The translations under genes and the position numbers were made by a program. Positions 29,603 to 48,674 of a stretch of DNA of 64,000 bases are shown piece after piece. Within the stretch, counting starts at the first letter, position 1. Every line of letters starts with the position of its first letter. The stretch comes from Octopus vulgaris (taxonomy: Eukaryota), in the NCBI GenBank assembly GCA_951406725.2, contig OX597815.1, positions 37,262,001 through 37,326,000 of the forward strand, given 5' to 3'. Under the pieces are notes generated by a model. That model saw only the letters and a list, made by a program, of their open reading frames with translations, was not told the DNA's origin and searched no databases.

Positions 29603-30027
29603 ATGCCCTGATGCACTACCAGACAGTGGCTCTCCTGTCTTCTGATCTTAACTGATTGGAAGTGTTATCATGTACATTGTTTCGTCTTGGTATAAAAGAT
29701 GGGCTACAGCAAATATTCTGCTCAATACCACAGATTTGCTCGTCAGTTGTTTGACCTTAACCAGTTGAGCATATCCCTTAGTGGCTGACGATATGTGCAT
29801 CTCTGATCACGAGCAGAAGTAGTGGGGGAGCATCATAGCCGTTTGTTGAAAGGTATTCTTAGAGGTTTGGATAATTCCCCTTTGGGACATGGGTGTTTCG
29901 TTCATCATCCTTAAGCAATCCTTATTCAAGGACATTTTGAGCGGGAAGGGCTACTCGACCTGAAGGAAATTCTAACTGAGCCCCACCTGCAAGGTCATGT
30001 GCTGTTTATCTTGATATGAGTTCACCA
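29603..30027 (+). mobile_element. AAT element copy truncated at a Helitron-like insertion
   Basis: Colinear with 22398-22822. Confidence 0.85.
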
Positions 30028-30415
30028 TCTATATATATAAAGCTGAAATTGTCTGTGTATGGCAGGTTTGGTAGCCTTCAACTAACACTATCTCCTCGGA
30101 GACCCCGCAGAGCAAGTTGACCAAAATTGAGAGTATGACAGAAGAACGCTTGCTCTTCATTCTGTAGAAGATAAAATTCAAATCAGACCATGTTAAGACC
30201 AAAAATTATTTACATCAGAAAGGTGCTTTTTTCTATGAAAATCCCTATTTTTTACTGTTTTTTGACTGCTGTGTTGCCATTCTTCGGTGTATTTCAACCA
30301 GAAAATGTTCACTTAAAGAGAATAACAAGCTACATAATGCAAAAGTTTTACTTTTGAAAAATTCCAATTCTAAAGGGTCGAAACAAACCCGAGAAACGCC
30401 GGGCTATACTGCTAT
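30028..30415 (+). mobile_element. Non-autonomous Helitron-like element
   Basis: Follows A and starts TCTATATATATAAAG; 3' hairpin cccg-agaaacgc-cggg then tactgCTAT; same 3' end with CTAG at 49440-49473. Confidence 0.7.
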
Positions 30416-30654
30416 TAAATTTTAAAATGAGCATCAGAAGTTAGTCACAATCTCGGCTGTTCACGTGTTTTTATAGTGTTTATAATGTTTAAATGTCTCG
30501 TAAGATTCGTAATCGTATGCTTACCATTGAAGAATTTATTGCTATCTAGCATATTGAAGGCAAGCTGGCTTTCTGTATGACTTACTGTGGTGGGAATGGT
30601 AGCGTTCATGAAATTCAAATGCATTCCGTGATATGTTGCATGAACAGTCAGCAA

Positions 30655-30800
30655 ATTCTGGAAGGAAAAACGTGGGCGGGAAGAGAATTCCAAAGTTTGC
30701 TTTCTGTAGATGTAAGGTTGATGATGTTGGAAAAAGCGATGTCTGGAGAGCACATTGCAATATAATATAAGGAAAAGAGAAACGGACATAATCATTGGGT
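30655..30800 (-). pseudogene. Relic of a LINE RT C-terminus
   Basis: Minus-strand peptide SKLWNSLPAHVFP. Confidence 0.4.
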
Positions 30801-30978
30801 TTGGTTGAGGTGATATGAAACTAAATATTTCTGAGGAACAGAGATCATTGCTGCTGAAAGGACAGAGTGTGAAAATAGCGTGTCTGTGAGATTAGAATTT
30901 GTAGTGTGTTGTGAGTTTTTCTACATTACTACATTGTCTTGTGGATACGGTTGTGCGTTAGCTACATGTGGTATCTCT

Positions 30979-31032
<54 letters not shown>

Positions 31033-32281
31033 CAGTATGTTGACCACGCCCTGAAATTATATGCGCGACGAATTATTGAATGAGTTTCAAACCCTGACTC
31101 TGCAGAACATTTTATGGAACAAAATATTGGAATTAAAAACTCTGTAGTTTAGGCTATAACAAAATAAATAAATAAAAATATGACCTTTATGTCTTTCTCG
31201 AGAGTACTGATCGTCTTCAATTAAGTGTTGAAGTTGGGTTCTAGTGCTGACTCCATAAAAATTTATTACCTCTGCGTTTCTCAACATATCATTTCAACAA
31301 TCACACAAAGCTACAAAGTTTGATTAAACTGGTATTTGCTGCTATTGTTGAAGAACACTAAATCTGCCGATCAAGCATACATTCCATCCGTGACCGTCTC
31401 TCCTGTTTTCAAGCGTAATGTACCCAGGACTACACACAACAAGATTTTTTTCCCTTTGTAAGAAGGTAGGGTGTACTATGGAGGATTTTTGGCCACGATT
31501 TCTAGCAGGTGGAGCGACTACGTAGAGGCTCGATTAGTTCCTCTTTTATCGATACCCAGAAGAGTGAAAGACAACAGCGATATCGGCAGGATCCATTCAC
31601 AAACCTGATTGATCAATAATGTCAGTACTTAATTCCACTTACTGAAACGTTCAACGGAAGAGAAATAAATCTTTTTATGGGCCTGAAGTATTTATACTGC
31701 CTGTAACTTTCTGGAACATCTCGACTTAGGTGTACTGAGGCGAGTGGAGATAAAGTGTCCTGTCCAGAGACGCACAGAACGCTTTACAAGGATTCGAGCT
31801 CATGAATTAATGAGTTAGTTAATTTAAACATTGGAAAACTATTTTCTTTTTGTTTTTTGATTAAAAAAAAAATTAACCTGATTCAAAACTACGAATTTTA
31901 CAGAGACATTACAGGCAGGTAAATTGTCGAGTGATGCATTTTTTGGTAAAATACTGCTGTTTATTTTATCGTATTGCCATAGATAATAGGCAAATATCGA
32001 TACCACGACATTCTTTAATACGGTACGCATCACTGAGTTTACCATACCGCCACCTTTATTTCTGGGAGTAATAACAGCGATAGGGAGAGGCGATAAATAA
32101 CAGAATCACTGGATAGTCGAATAAAATGCCTTACAGTATTTGTTTCGTAGTTTTAAGTACCCGTTATCATAAGTACCCGTTATGGGGATCGCTTTGATCG
32201 CATGTATCCACCCCTTTAAAATATAATGTTACGCCAATGATAGTATCGATATTAACCGAGATTATAAATAATCGCTAAATA

Positions 32282-32290
32282 ATGAGGATG

Positions 32291-32366
<76 letters not shown>

Positions 32367-32374
32367 TAATAATG

Positions 32375-32423
<49 letters not shown>

Positions 32424-32437
32424 TAATAATGATGATG

Positions 32438-32489
<52 letters not shown>

Positions 32490-32506
32490 TAATAATGATA
32501 ATAATG

Positions 32507-32540
<34 letters not shown>

Positions 32541-32580
32541 TAATAATGATGATGATAATAATAATATGATGATGATGATG

Positions 32581-32641
<61 letters not shown>
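32282..32641. repeat. (AAT)n/(GAT)n compound microsatellite
   Basis: Direct reading. Confidence 0.98.
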
Positions 32642-32642
<1 letters not shown>

Positions 32643-33509
32643 CAACTTGTAAGCATATTACAGGATTTTTTAAAGAAAACGAAAGTAAAAGTAAATATTT
32701 TTGATGTATTATACAGTGTGTTCATTCATTCTTGTGTCTGCATGTGCGCGCGCTTGTTTGTGCGTGTGTTTATTTGCGTAGGTGTAAACGTGTTTCTATC
32801 TGTGTTCTGAGTGCGTCATGTGTATCTGTCGAGGTTGTAAGCAGTATACGTCTGCCTATGTATTTGTTTCAACACTTCTTCTCTGTTAAGTGTTTGCTTG
32901 TGTGTACATGTTGTCTCTGAGCGTGCATTTGGTAATGTATCTGTGGTTTCGCGTTGTTATATGGACAATCAACGTATCAAACGTGGGCGCGCGCACGACC
33001 GTATGCGTGCCTATATTTCTGAGCACGAGTAACCATGCGTGTATTGCTGAGTATTCATTAGCTGGTTAACGACACGCATGGCATTATATCCTATTCTTGA
33101 TTGAAAAAGAGGGTTATACGGTTAAAACTATAACAAATATATCAATATTAAGTTGCTGATGAATTATTTTGGAAGGACAAAACATGAGCGGTGAGTTTTC
33201 CTAAGGCGCTGGTAAGGTAAAAAGAAAAAAGAACGGATATTTATACGTTTTTGCATAGGTGTCTATGTGTCTGTATCTTGTATGTGTTCATATTTGTGTG
33301 TGTGCACGTGTACATATAGTGATGCGTGTGCCTGACGTGTTTCTGTGAACGGTGTGTATGTATATAAGTCTATGTGTGTGTGTATGTGTGCACGTGTGTA
33401 CATGATGCGTGTGTGCGTGTATACGTTATGTGTTTGTTATTTGTGTCTGTGTTCCGTGCGATGTATTAATGTTTTAAATAGTTTTGCATGTTCTGCACAT
33501 ATATGCAAG

Positions 33510-33576
<67 letters not shown>

Positions 33577-33799
33577 TGTGTATATATAAATATATATAGA
33601 TATATATGCGTATATATAAATATATATATATATATGTGTGTGTATATATAAATATGTATATATATATATTTATCTATATATATATACACACATACACACA
33701 TACATACATATTCACAATCAGACACACACACGCTCATATATACACACTCACACACACATATGTACACATACATGCATATCCACATCACACATACATACA

Positions 33800-33835
<36 letters not shown>

Positions 33836-34179
33836 TGTGTGTGTATTTATATACACACACGCACACTCATATATATCCATACACACACACACACTCACAG
33901 ATTTATGCGTGTGTGTGTGTGTGCGTGTGTGTGTGTGTGTATACATTGTGTTCTAAAAGGTGTAGTCAAATAAGTTACTTACCGTTTGTTGTGTGGATAT
34001 AAAATGTTAGCTCTTGGCAAATAACAGACGTCTTGTTTCGGTTTGCCCCGTTTTGTTGTTTATATTTGTGAAATACATCTCCTGCTGGAACATTTTAACA
34101 TATTAATACGAGATTCAGGAAACCGTTCCAAAGTCAGGACTGTTTTCGGCCGAGACACTGTGTGGCAAGCATGATAGTG

Positions 34180-36220
<2,041 letters not shown>

Positions 36221-36297
36221 ATATGCGTACATTTACACATTAGCACAGGCATTCAACGACGACATAGATGCACACATACACATACGCGCTCGTACGC

Positions 36298-37012
36298 ACA
36301 CACGCACACAGAGACATGTCCTACACTAACACATAAACCTAACTAACACAAGTATACACACACACACACACGTTTATACGCATGCACACATATGTATACG
36401 CACATATACACATACACATACACACGTGCACACATACTCACACAGTCATTAACTCTTTCACACACATACACATACACACACATACACATACACACACATA
36501 CACATACACACACATACACATACACACACATATACATACACACACAACACACGCACACACAGAGACATGTCCTACACTAACACATAAACCTAACTAACAC
36601 AAGTATACACACACACGTTTATACGCATGCACACATATGTATACGCACATATACACATACACATACACACGTGCACACATACGCACACAGTCATTAACTC
36701 TTTCACACACATACACATACACACACATACACATATACACACATACACATACACACACATATACATACACACACAACACACGCACACACAGAGACATGTC
36801 CTACACTAACACATAAACCTAACACAAGTATACACACACACACACGTTTATACGCATGCACACATATGTATACGCACATATACACATACACATACACACG
36901 TACACACATACGCACACAATCATTAACTCTTTCACACACATACACATACACACACATACACATACACACACATACACATACACACACATACACACACAAC
37001 ACACGCACACAC
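36298..37012. repeat. Three tandem ~235-250 bp CA-rich units
   Basis: gagacatgtcctacactaacacataaacctaac recurs at ~36311, 36562 and 36791. Confidence 0.9.
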
Positions 37013-37135
37013 ACGGCCATTCACTCATTCACACACACGCACTGACAGACATTCACTCCCTCTCACATATACACTGACGCTTTCTTTCCTTCTCTTTTTC
37101 TTTCTTCCTCTCTCTCTCTCTGTGTCTCGATCAGT

Positions 37136-37180
<45 letters not shown>

Positions 37181-37763
37181 ACACACGTACACATGCACAC
37201 ACACACACTTACACTCCTACAGACGCACACAAGTGGCGTTTCTGTTTGGAGACATTAAAAGCTGCTCAGCAGAAGAGATGATAAGAAAAGACTCCAGCCT
37301 GACAGCTAAAAACAAATTGATAAATTAAAAAAAAAAAAAAAAAAAAAAAAGACAACAGAAAATCAGTAAGGGTCTCAATATTGTAACCTCTGCATGTTAA
37401 CATTAGTTGCAGCTGTGCATGCACTGCCTATTATGAGCTCTTAGCGAAGAGCAGATATGTGTGTGTGTGTGTGTATGCATGTGTGCATGCATGTGTGTAT
37501 GCGTATGTTTTCTTCTTCGATCAGGACTAGAGTCTCAGAATAAAAAAAACACCAAAATATATACAAAAAAATAAAAAAGACAGGAACATTAAAAGCCAGA
37601 GCGATAAAATGAATAAGAGAATCAAGGAAACCTTGAAAAGAGAGAGTTTAGATGCTAGACCAAATACAACACATTTAGGCCTGAGATATGCTTGAAGTAT
37701 CTATATATATATGTGTATGTATAAAAATGAGTGTGTGTGTGCGTGTGTGTGTGTGTGTGTGTG

Positions 37764-40790
<3,027 letters not shown>

Positions 40791-40972
40791 AGTTTGAACA
40801 CGTATATGTATATAAGTACGATTATATACGTGTGTGTATGTATCCGTCATTACGTTATTTTCTATATGCATTAGAGTGTGTCTATCTATATCTGTTATAA
40901 ATATATATATATATATATATATATACAAAAACAACTTTCAGGGGCAATAATGGTTTATTGATACGGAAGGTT

Positions 40973-41351
40973 GTGTATACCGCCGGCTACTCTTCAGGCC
41001 AAGGATATCTTATTTAGATTAAAGGTTACATTGTTGCAAGGAGGTACATGTGAACGCAAGGAAGCTTCATTCAGAATGTGTAGAGAACACAGCATGAAAG
41101 GAGTATATAAATGTAGCGAGAAATAAATATTAGAAAAAGGGAAATACTTATTTTCCCCTATATTTGTATACTCCTCTGTCCTTTCTATTTAGCCTTCATT
41201 GAGTTAGCATTTACTTCCTTGCGACAATGTAACATATAATCTAATGAAGATAATCTAATCCTTGCCCTGAAGAGTAGCCGACGGTATACACCTCATTTGG
41301 ATATTAACACTTCCGAGGTGCCATTCTCTATGAAACATGCGTAGCCCGGAT
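40973..41351. mobile_element. Family F diverged inverted repeat (40973-41065 and 41195-41291) with a degenerate hammerhead at 41258-41351 (+)
   Basis: atccttgcc-CTGAAGA-gtag...ctat-GAAA-catgcg-TA-gcccggat. Confidence 0.6.
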
Positions 41352-41376
41352 CTTTCCTACGCCATTCCGCAACTCT

Positions 41377-41434
<58 letters not shown>

Positions 41435-41544
41435 TATATAGTAATAATAAAAAGTGACAACAAAAGAATGAGTTCGCGATATTAGATGAATTGAGGATTA
41501 TTTATATATGTTATATTTAGAATAAATAGTAAAAGTTTGTCATT

Positions 41545-41603
41545 ATAGTACTCGGAGTTTCGAATGTCGGAGCGAAGAGCTACGATGCATTCTCGTCAGC
41601 TAT
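41545..41603 (-). ncRNA. Minimal type I hammerhead ribozyme, family G, intact core
   Basis: atag-CTGACGA-gaatg..tcgtagc-tcttc-gctccga-cattc-GAAA-ctccgag-TA-ctat. Confidence 0.8.
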
Positions 41604-41879
41604 TAATCGCAATAGACGCTCTGAAAAAACATTGAATAAAAGGGAAGTTACTCTAATAGGTAGAAAAACATAAAAGAAAAATGAAAAAAATACACACAAA
41701 AATATTCTCACAATACATAGACATAAACCTCCCGCGTTCATAAGGTCTACATACGTACACTCAAGCATGCATACGTACATGTAAATACACACACAACATA
41801 TATGGTGTATGTACGAACCGAACTCACACATACATATCCTCTCACACACGCATGCACACACACACACACAGACACATAC

Positions 41880-41932
<53 letters not shown>

Positions 41933-41933
<1 letters not shown>

Positions 41934-42362
41934 GTTCTCTAACCGGTAAAATGGCTGCTGAAATTTATTAACTGCATAGTAATTTCTGGCCTCAGCGCGG
42001 CAAAGTGAAGACATTTGAAAAAAACACACCCAAATATAAATTGTAGAACTTTATACATGTTCGATTTCAGTTGAGAGTTCTGTATCTAGTTCTGGAAATT
42101 GTGTTTGTAAGCGACAGACTACGCTGATGATCTTGCAGATGTCTGCGTGTTTTATATGCGTAGATATTAACAAGTGAAACCAATGCTACATAGGCAATCG
42201 TTTTTTATTTCGTATATATTCATTTGTCTTGGTCATATTTTACATTTTGGTGTTTTGCTGAGATTTTTTTCTTGAGAACACATTCCTCGTGGTAGTGGCG
42301 ATTTTGACGTCTACGTTTAGCATATAGGGTGTCCACGTTAGTGCTCGTTCCTCTAATTTATA
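41933..42362 (+). mobile_element. Family A repeat with a degenerate hammerhead at 42119-42193
   Basis: Colinear with 7290-7705; ctacg-CTGATGA...caagt-GAAA-ccaatgc-TA-catag. Confidence 0.75.
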
Positions 42363-42377
42363 TGTATATATATATAT

Positions 42378-43690
42378 ATACTGGAGCACCACCGTGGTTT
42401 TGCCGATTTCCTGAGGCTGGGAATGGGGTTCACATCACCACTCCTTTATGTGCTTTTGTCCCAGCTGTTGGCCCATTTGGTGTATGAGGGAGTTTGATTC
42501 TGCTGTCCTCGTCTTTACCTCTTGCCAGGCCGTTGGTTAATCTAGTATTGTGGAGAGGAAGATATATAGTTCGTTTTTGACGACATCTATGTCCACATTA
42601 TATAGATTTCTTAATGTTTATGGCACGGCAGTCAAGAGCTGTGGGTCTTTGAACCTTAGGCTATTGCAGTCCAGGTCCTGAATATAGATGGAGTGGACGG
42701 TACTTTTGGTACAATACAATGGCGTCCAGTTATGGCATTTGTATAACATTCAATGCCGAAACTTGATACTAGCCCTTCTAGTGTCTTTCATATATAGATT
42801 ATTACATATCTGTCACGCCTTCGCTCCAGGGAGTAAAGTCATAGATTTTTCAGACATTCACTGCAGCTCATCTGCTGCACAGTTTCAATCGATTTAGTGT
42901 AGTGACGTTGAGCTGCTTTAAGTTCCGGTGTTAGCTTGGCACTATGTGGTGACTATAACCAAGACCTCTAGCCCAGCTGCTGATAACAAAAGTCTTCCAC
43001 ATAATCAACATAACTTCTTGATCTCTTGTCTTAAAGGACCTTAGTATCTATCCTGCCTGTTGTCTACACTTTGCTACCATTTTGCTAACGTGCATATTAA
43101 ATGATGTGTCATTACACATACTGATCCCAAAGTTTTCACCGCCTTTAACTCAGGGATTTCAGGACCTTCGGGTCCTGTATATGTTGGCTGCAGTGCATTC
43201 ATCAGTTGATAGTGCAGTGCTTGAAATTTTCAAGGATTAAACTGCATATTGTTTATTTCACCCCACTTGTATAATGCATTCAGGTCCCGCTGTATCTTGC
43301 GATGTCATCTGGATTTCCTATTGTCTGCAATAATTGTGTATCATCGGCGTAGCTAGTAACAGTGGCTGTCCGAGTGTCTACGGGCATGTCTAAATGGGCT
43401 ATCATACACAGTAATGGCCTCAAGACTGTTCCTGGGGGAGAGGCACCAGTCAGAATTTGTTTCTTAAGAAAGGGCACCACTGGCTGCAACTACCTGACTT
43501 CTGTCTTTAAGGAAGGTCATGCAGCCACTCTCTCAGTTTACTACCAATGCCAAGATTTCGCAGCTTGTGACATTTACCATGATCTATTAAATGCCTTTGC
43601 AAAATCAAGATATATCACACTGATATCTAAAACAGCTGTTTCAAAACCCAGTCACAGTGCAGTAAGAGCAGTGTGATATACACCTCCCTC
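42378..43690 (-). pseudogene. Decayed CR1-group LINE related to 4057-6553
   Basis: IYLDFAKAF, PGTVLRPL, SYADDTQ; ends in cggtggtgctccagta next to (TA)n. Confidence 0.85.
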
Positions 43691-43691
43691 A

Positions 43692-43762
<71 letters not shown>

Positions 43763-43840
43763 CTATATATGTATATATAGATGTGTGAATTTTTCCATGT
43801 GTCGGAAGTAAAAGAATTTGAATAACACCTGCCTTTAACT

Positions 43841-43891
<51 letters not shown>

Positions 43892-44025
43892 TATATAACA
43901 GGACGCTTTATGAAAATAGACAAAAGACGAAGGCAGGTTTACGGAAATAAACAAAAGACGAAGGCAGGTGGAATACAAACAAACAATTGTATTAGTATGG
44001 CGCTCAGGAATATAAATAAAACAAG

Positions 44026-44063
44026 TCTTTAACGTTTCGAGCCTACGCTCTTCAACAGAAAGA
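44026..44063 (-). ncRNA. Family C hammerhead-like motif, variant core CTGTTGA
   Basis: tcttt-CTGTTGA-a-gagc-gtag-gctc-GAAA-cg-TT-aaaga. Confidence 0.62.
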
Positions 44064-44705
44064 TACACAGAGAAGAAACACAGAAAGAAGGAGAGAAAAA
44101 ATGCGTGCAGAGGCTAGCGAATCAACATGGCGATCTGATTTCGGCCAGAAGTCAAAGATCAAACGTGAGATGCAAGAGCGAAATTAGGGGAGATAATAGG
44201 GTTAAATGACCGTCGTCAACTAATTTTCATTGAAATGTAGAGAGAGAAAGAGAGAGTGTGGCAGATATATACCTACATATGAGTAAGTGTATGGATGCAT
44301 ATCTATCTAGCTGTCTATCTGTCTATCTGTCCCTAAATTTATTTCCTCACATACACACACATATATATATATCCCTGGTACATAAACATGTGTGAGTCAT
44401 GTAAGCATCTTTATTGTTTATTAGCTCACAACTATTTAGCTATTCCTATTTCTCATCTCAGAAAACTACACAATTCCATTTACGTTGGTAGACTTATCTC
44501 ATTATCACAGAGTTTATTTTTCGCAACTCCGTCAAAATTTTACCCCTCAGAGTCTTTTTGTGATTTAGGCAACAGCTCGATTAGTCTCTACAGTCTCATT
44601 TCTTTCCAAACGAGCACAAGTGTCTGAAATATCTATTTTCACACGTCCCTGAGTATTACCTAAGAATTTGTGTGTATAGTACACACACACATCTATCTAT
44701 CTATG

Positions 44706-44768
<63 letters not shown>

Positions 44769-44779
44769 ATATCTATCTA

Positions 44780-45512
44780 TGCACTCGTGCAGTGTCCAAC
44801 AATTTCCGACCTGCGGGCTTATGTCGAACAACTGCTGTCACGTGTAAGACGAGTCGGTTTATCAGATGCGTCTATCGTCAATATTGTCACGCGTCTGACA
44901 ATGTGGTGGACGCGTCTGAAAGGATTGGAGACAAACACTTTCCTCTCTGGTCAACCTCTCATCAACTTCTTCAAGTACCACTTGAAAAGGAATGTGAGAG
45001 TAGAGAGGCAAGTTTTGTCTAGCGAACGTTTTAAAAAAAGATGGGTGAATGTAGCAAGGATGGCACGTATTAATGACGAAGCCACCTTGAGCATAACACT
45101 ATGAACCCAGAAATTGAAAACAGTGGGTTACCCACTTGCAAACAAATGTGGTAACATATAACAATATTGACCAAGGTTGCCGTGGTCTCTTTCGTAGGCT
45201 TTTCTTCACACGGACAAACCTTACTTGCTTTCCCCTTTACACCATACATCACGACACTCTGATACACGATCCCTATTCATCGTTCTTTTTTTTCCTCTTC
45301 CCCTTTTTTCTTCTTTTTTCATTTTTCTTTTCTTTTGTTCCTTTTCCCTTTTTTCTTTATTTTCTTTTTTTCTTTTTTTTGCTCTTTTTTTCCCTTTTAC
45401 GATCCCCTTTGATCGAAAACCTACGCCACCTTTTTTTTTCTCCCCCAAAAGAAAAGCTCTACCTTGTAACTTGTCCCATCTGTGTGCAGCCCTGTGTGGC
45501 CAATAAAGAAAC
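44780..45512 (+). mobile_element. 3' end of a Tx1-like LINE within (ATCT)n
   Basis: ALVQC...WWTR...FKKRW C-terminus, T-rich 3' UTR, AATAAA at 45502; (ATCT)n on both sides. Confidence 0.65.
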
Positions 45513-45595
<83 letters not shown>

Positions 45596-46126
45596 ATTAT
45601 TTGAGGGATTATTAATCCTAACTTACAGGGAAAAAATTCAATTTAGAAATACTAAATCAAATTTCACACAATATAATATATATATAAATATATATATATA
45701 TATATTGGAAGGTTTGGAGATGATGTACAGGTATTATTTATTAGAAGAAATGAGGTACTCAGAAAATCGGATGGTTTATATTTACAGATATTTATTTGCA
45801 TATTACATTTTTTATATATCATATAACTTAGATCATGTATTAGCGCTTTTTCCCATTCTAGTGGGGTTTTCAAATCAAACTAAGTTCCTGTGTGAGGAGT
45901 TTTGACCATTTCATAGTGGTATTGAGTTTGTAGTGGTGGGGAGGAATATAAGACAGTACAAGAGGGTGATGGATGAGGAGAAAGTGAGAGAGAGAACATG
46001 TGTGTATGTGTGTGTGCGTGTGTGTGTGTGTTTTTGTATTTAGGATGAGTGCTAAAGAAAAAGAGGGGAAGGGAGAGGGAAGAAGAAGAAAAGAATTTTT
46101 TTGGTCTGCTATATATAAATTAGAAC

Positions 46127-46416
46127 AAAACACCTTTTATCAATTCAAAATGAACAATTAAATTACACCATCTAGAAAATTACATATAATAGAAATATTA
46201 AAATTAAAGTAACAATAAAATACCGATGATTAAGTAAATTGTAAAAAAATAATAATAATAAAAAAGTTCCAATTATATACGTTTTTATTATTATTTTTTT
46301 GCAATTTATTTAATCATCGGTATTTTATTGTTACTGTAATTTTAACATTTCTATTTTATGTAATTTTCTAGATGATTTAATTTAATTGTTCATTTTGAAT
46401 TGATAAAAGGTGTTTT
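46127..46416. repeat. ~290 bp imperfect AT-rich inverted repeat
   Basis: ~135 bp arms; outer end matches 6880-6921, and 45600-45680 matches 6773-6850. Confidence 0.85.
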
Positions 46417-46436
46417 TTTAAAAATTTATATATATT

Positions 46437-46532
<96 letters not shown>

Positions 46533-46894
46533 TACATACTTATATACATACGCATGTATATATTCATATACGTACATATACATATCTACATATATTCACA
46601 AAAAGACATACACACACGCGCACACACCTAGCCACCAGACCCCCAAAACCCCTCCCGCATATATACATATACATATATTTACATGGAATACAAAGAATAC
46701 CGAAAAATATGCAATTTCTTAACTTGACGGCTCTTTGAGGAAGCTTATAGTAACGCAATAAACATAACCGTCATAAATTTCAGATTTAGTATGGATAAAA
46801 TCATAGGTATGTCACTAGTAACCACTCACATAGAGGAGGATTTCTACAACATAATAATGAAAGAATAGAGGCTGAATATATGAAACAGAGAGAG

Positions 46895-48290
46895 AAGGAG
46901 AGAAGATAATGTTAAAGCTAGCCTGGTGAATTAAAAAAGTTTTTAATAATTATAATCTATCTTATTCGAAAACAACACTAAAACATGAAGTTATGATTCT
47001 TGACTTAGATGCTAATCTCTTTTACCTTTACCATAAACCGCTTGGGTCGTTATAATATATCAATGTTCTATCTGATCACCCTAGAGTTGCCCTTGATTAC
47101 ATTATCACTGGTGTTTCGAATAGAATCCGAAATGAGAAATCAGCTAATGAGAATATCCAGTACTATAACTAGAATGGCGGTTTCCACGAGAAGGTCTCAT
47201 ATACTCCCTTTACCAGATAAAAAACAAAATCGAACGTCTCTTTTCTAGCACGAAATCTAAGCCCACCAGGCTTTTCTCTACCGATCCACAACTCCCCACC
47301 CTGCAACAGAGTTTCCCCGCGGCCTGCACTCACCTGGTATTCCGGCCACCTCGGAGATTGATTAATTTTCATCACTAAGCCTGGTTCTAAGCCTTACCAA
47401 TGGCAGAAAGCAGAACTTATCATTTCTGTTTCCATTATCTCTCCGGGTTAAATCTTTACCCAGGCTATTTTTCAAAATCCTAAGCTCTAATTTCCTACCA
47501 CATCATCAATATTACCTATCTTCAAAAACTCTCATACTGTGCATCACCAATCTTGAGATCTATAATTGCTTCTTCCAATAAATGCAATCTTAGCCGCTTG
47601 AATATGGTCTCTACGAATCACTCATCTGGACTCCAACCTAACCCGCTAGATACTAATAGTATGAGCTCCACGAATCCTACCCCTTCAATAATAGCGAAAT
47701 TAGTACCATCACCTCTCAGTACATTTAACCCTGACACATGTGACGATGATGATAGCTTTTCGCAGCTCCATACTAGTAACGATAACACCTCCAATCTTAT
47801 TACGTGGATAATTGATCGTATGATTTTGCATAGGATAGGGGCGAATTCTGAGCTCACCGTTAGCGAGAAAGCCTGTAATTGTCGGGTCTCTGAGGTATGC
47901 CAGTTAGATGGATTTTGTTTACGCTATAACGTCGTATATAAATACTGGGTAATAACACCCAATTTCCGACTACTCTAGGGTCTACATTGGTGGCAGCGTT
48001 GATTTCAAGCGTCACTATTAGGCTCACCTGAATTCATTCCCAAAAAGAACCTCTAATCTTTTTACTTCCTTAGCTTCATATATACACCACATGAAGTCCC
48101 AGGATATTTCCCATACATTATCCTGTTTTGAAGTTTGTTGGGTTTCTCCGTACAACACTAACCATGTTTGTAAGTTATGTTGTAAGGAATCGTTCACTAT
48201 TCTACGCTATCATTATACCTCGTTACTCAATAGGTTCTTCCATGTAATCTTCTCATGTAACATAAATTTTATTCTACATTTACTCATTAC
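46895..48290 (+). pseudogene. Decayed Penelope-like element: RT C-terminus, linker and GIY-YIG endonuclease
   Basis: IKKVFNNYNL..VMILD, YHKP..YINVLSDHP, NLRSIIASSNK, CNCR...CQLDGFCLRYNVVYK, YIG..FKRHY*AHLNSF, PYN..CKLCCKE..LLN. Confidence 0.8.
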
Positions 48291-48674
48291 TTAAATTCTT
48301 TATAATTTCTCCTACGCACCGATAAAACCCATTATTATTTAGCTATGTTAGCACTATTTTCTTCCTCATTTTCTTTCGTATTTTCTCCGTGCACCATATT
48401 CTCCTTATTTCAACAAACTTTCTTCCTTCATTACCCATGCCCTTACTCAAATCCCTCATCGCTCAACTGTTCCTATCTCTCTGTTTGATCAGCAGTAATC
48501 CCTAACTTAATTTTTGTCTGCATAGATAGATTACGCTGACTAACAATAACGTATGCTTTCACTAGACTACCTTTCCCTTCTCCCCTATTCTCTCTGTTTC
48601 TTTTATTCCACTTTTTATTCATCGTGCTACATGTAAATATTTGTTTGTACGTATGTATATATATATTGGCTCTT

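Noticed and set aside
31879-32063. Exon-like open frame on the minus strand with an AG acceptor
   Set aside because: Weak donor, no recognisable protein, and the start resembles a decayed SINE family 2 head
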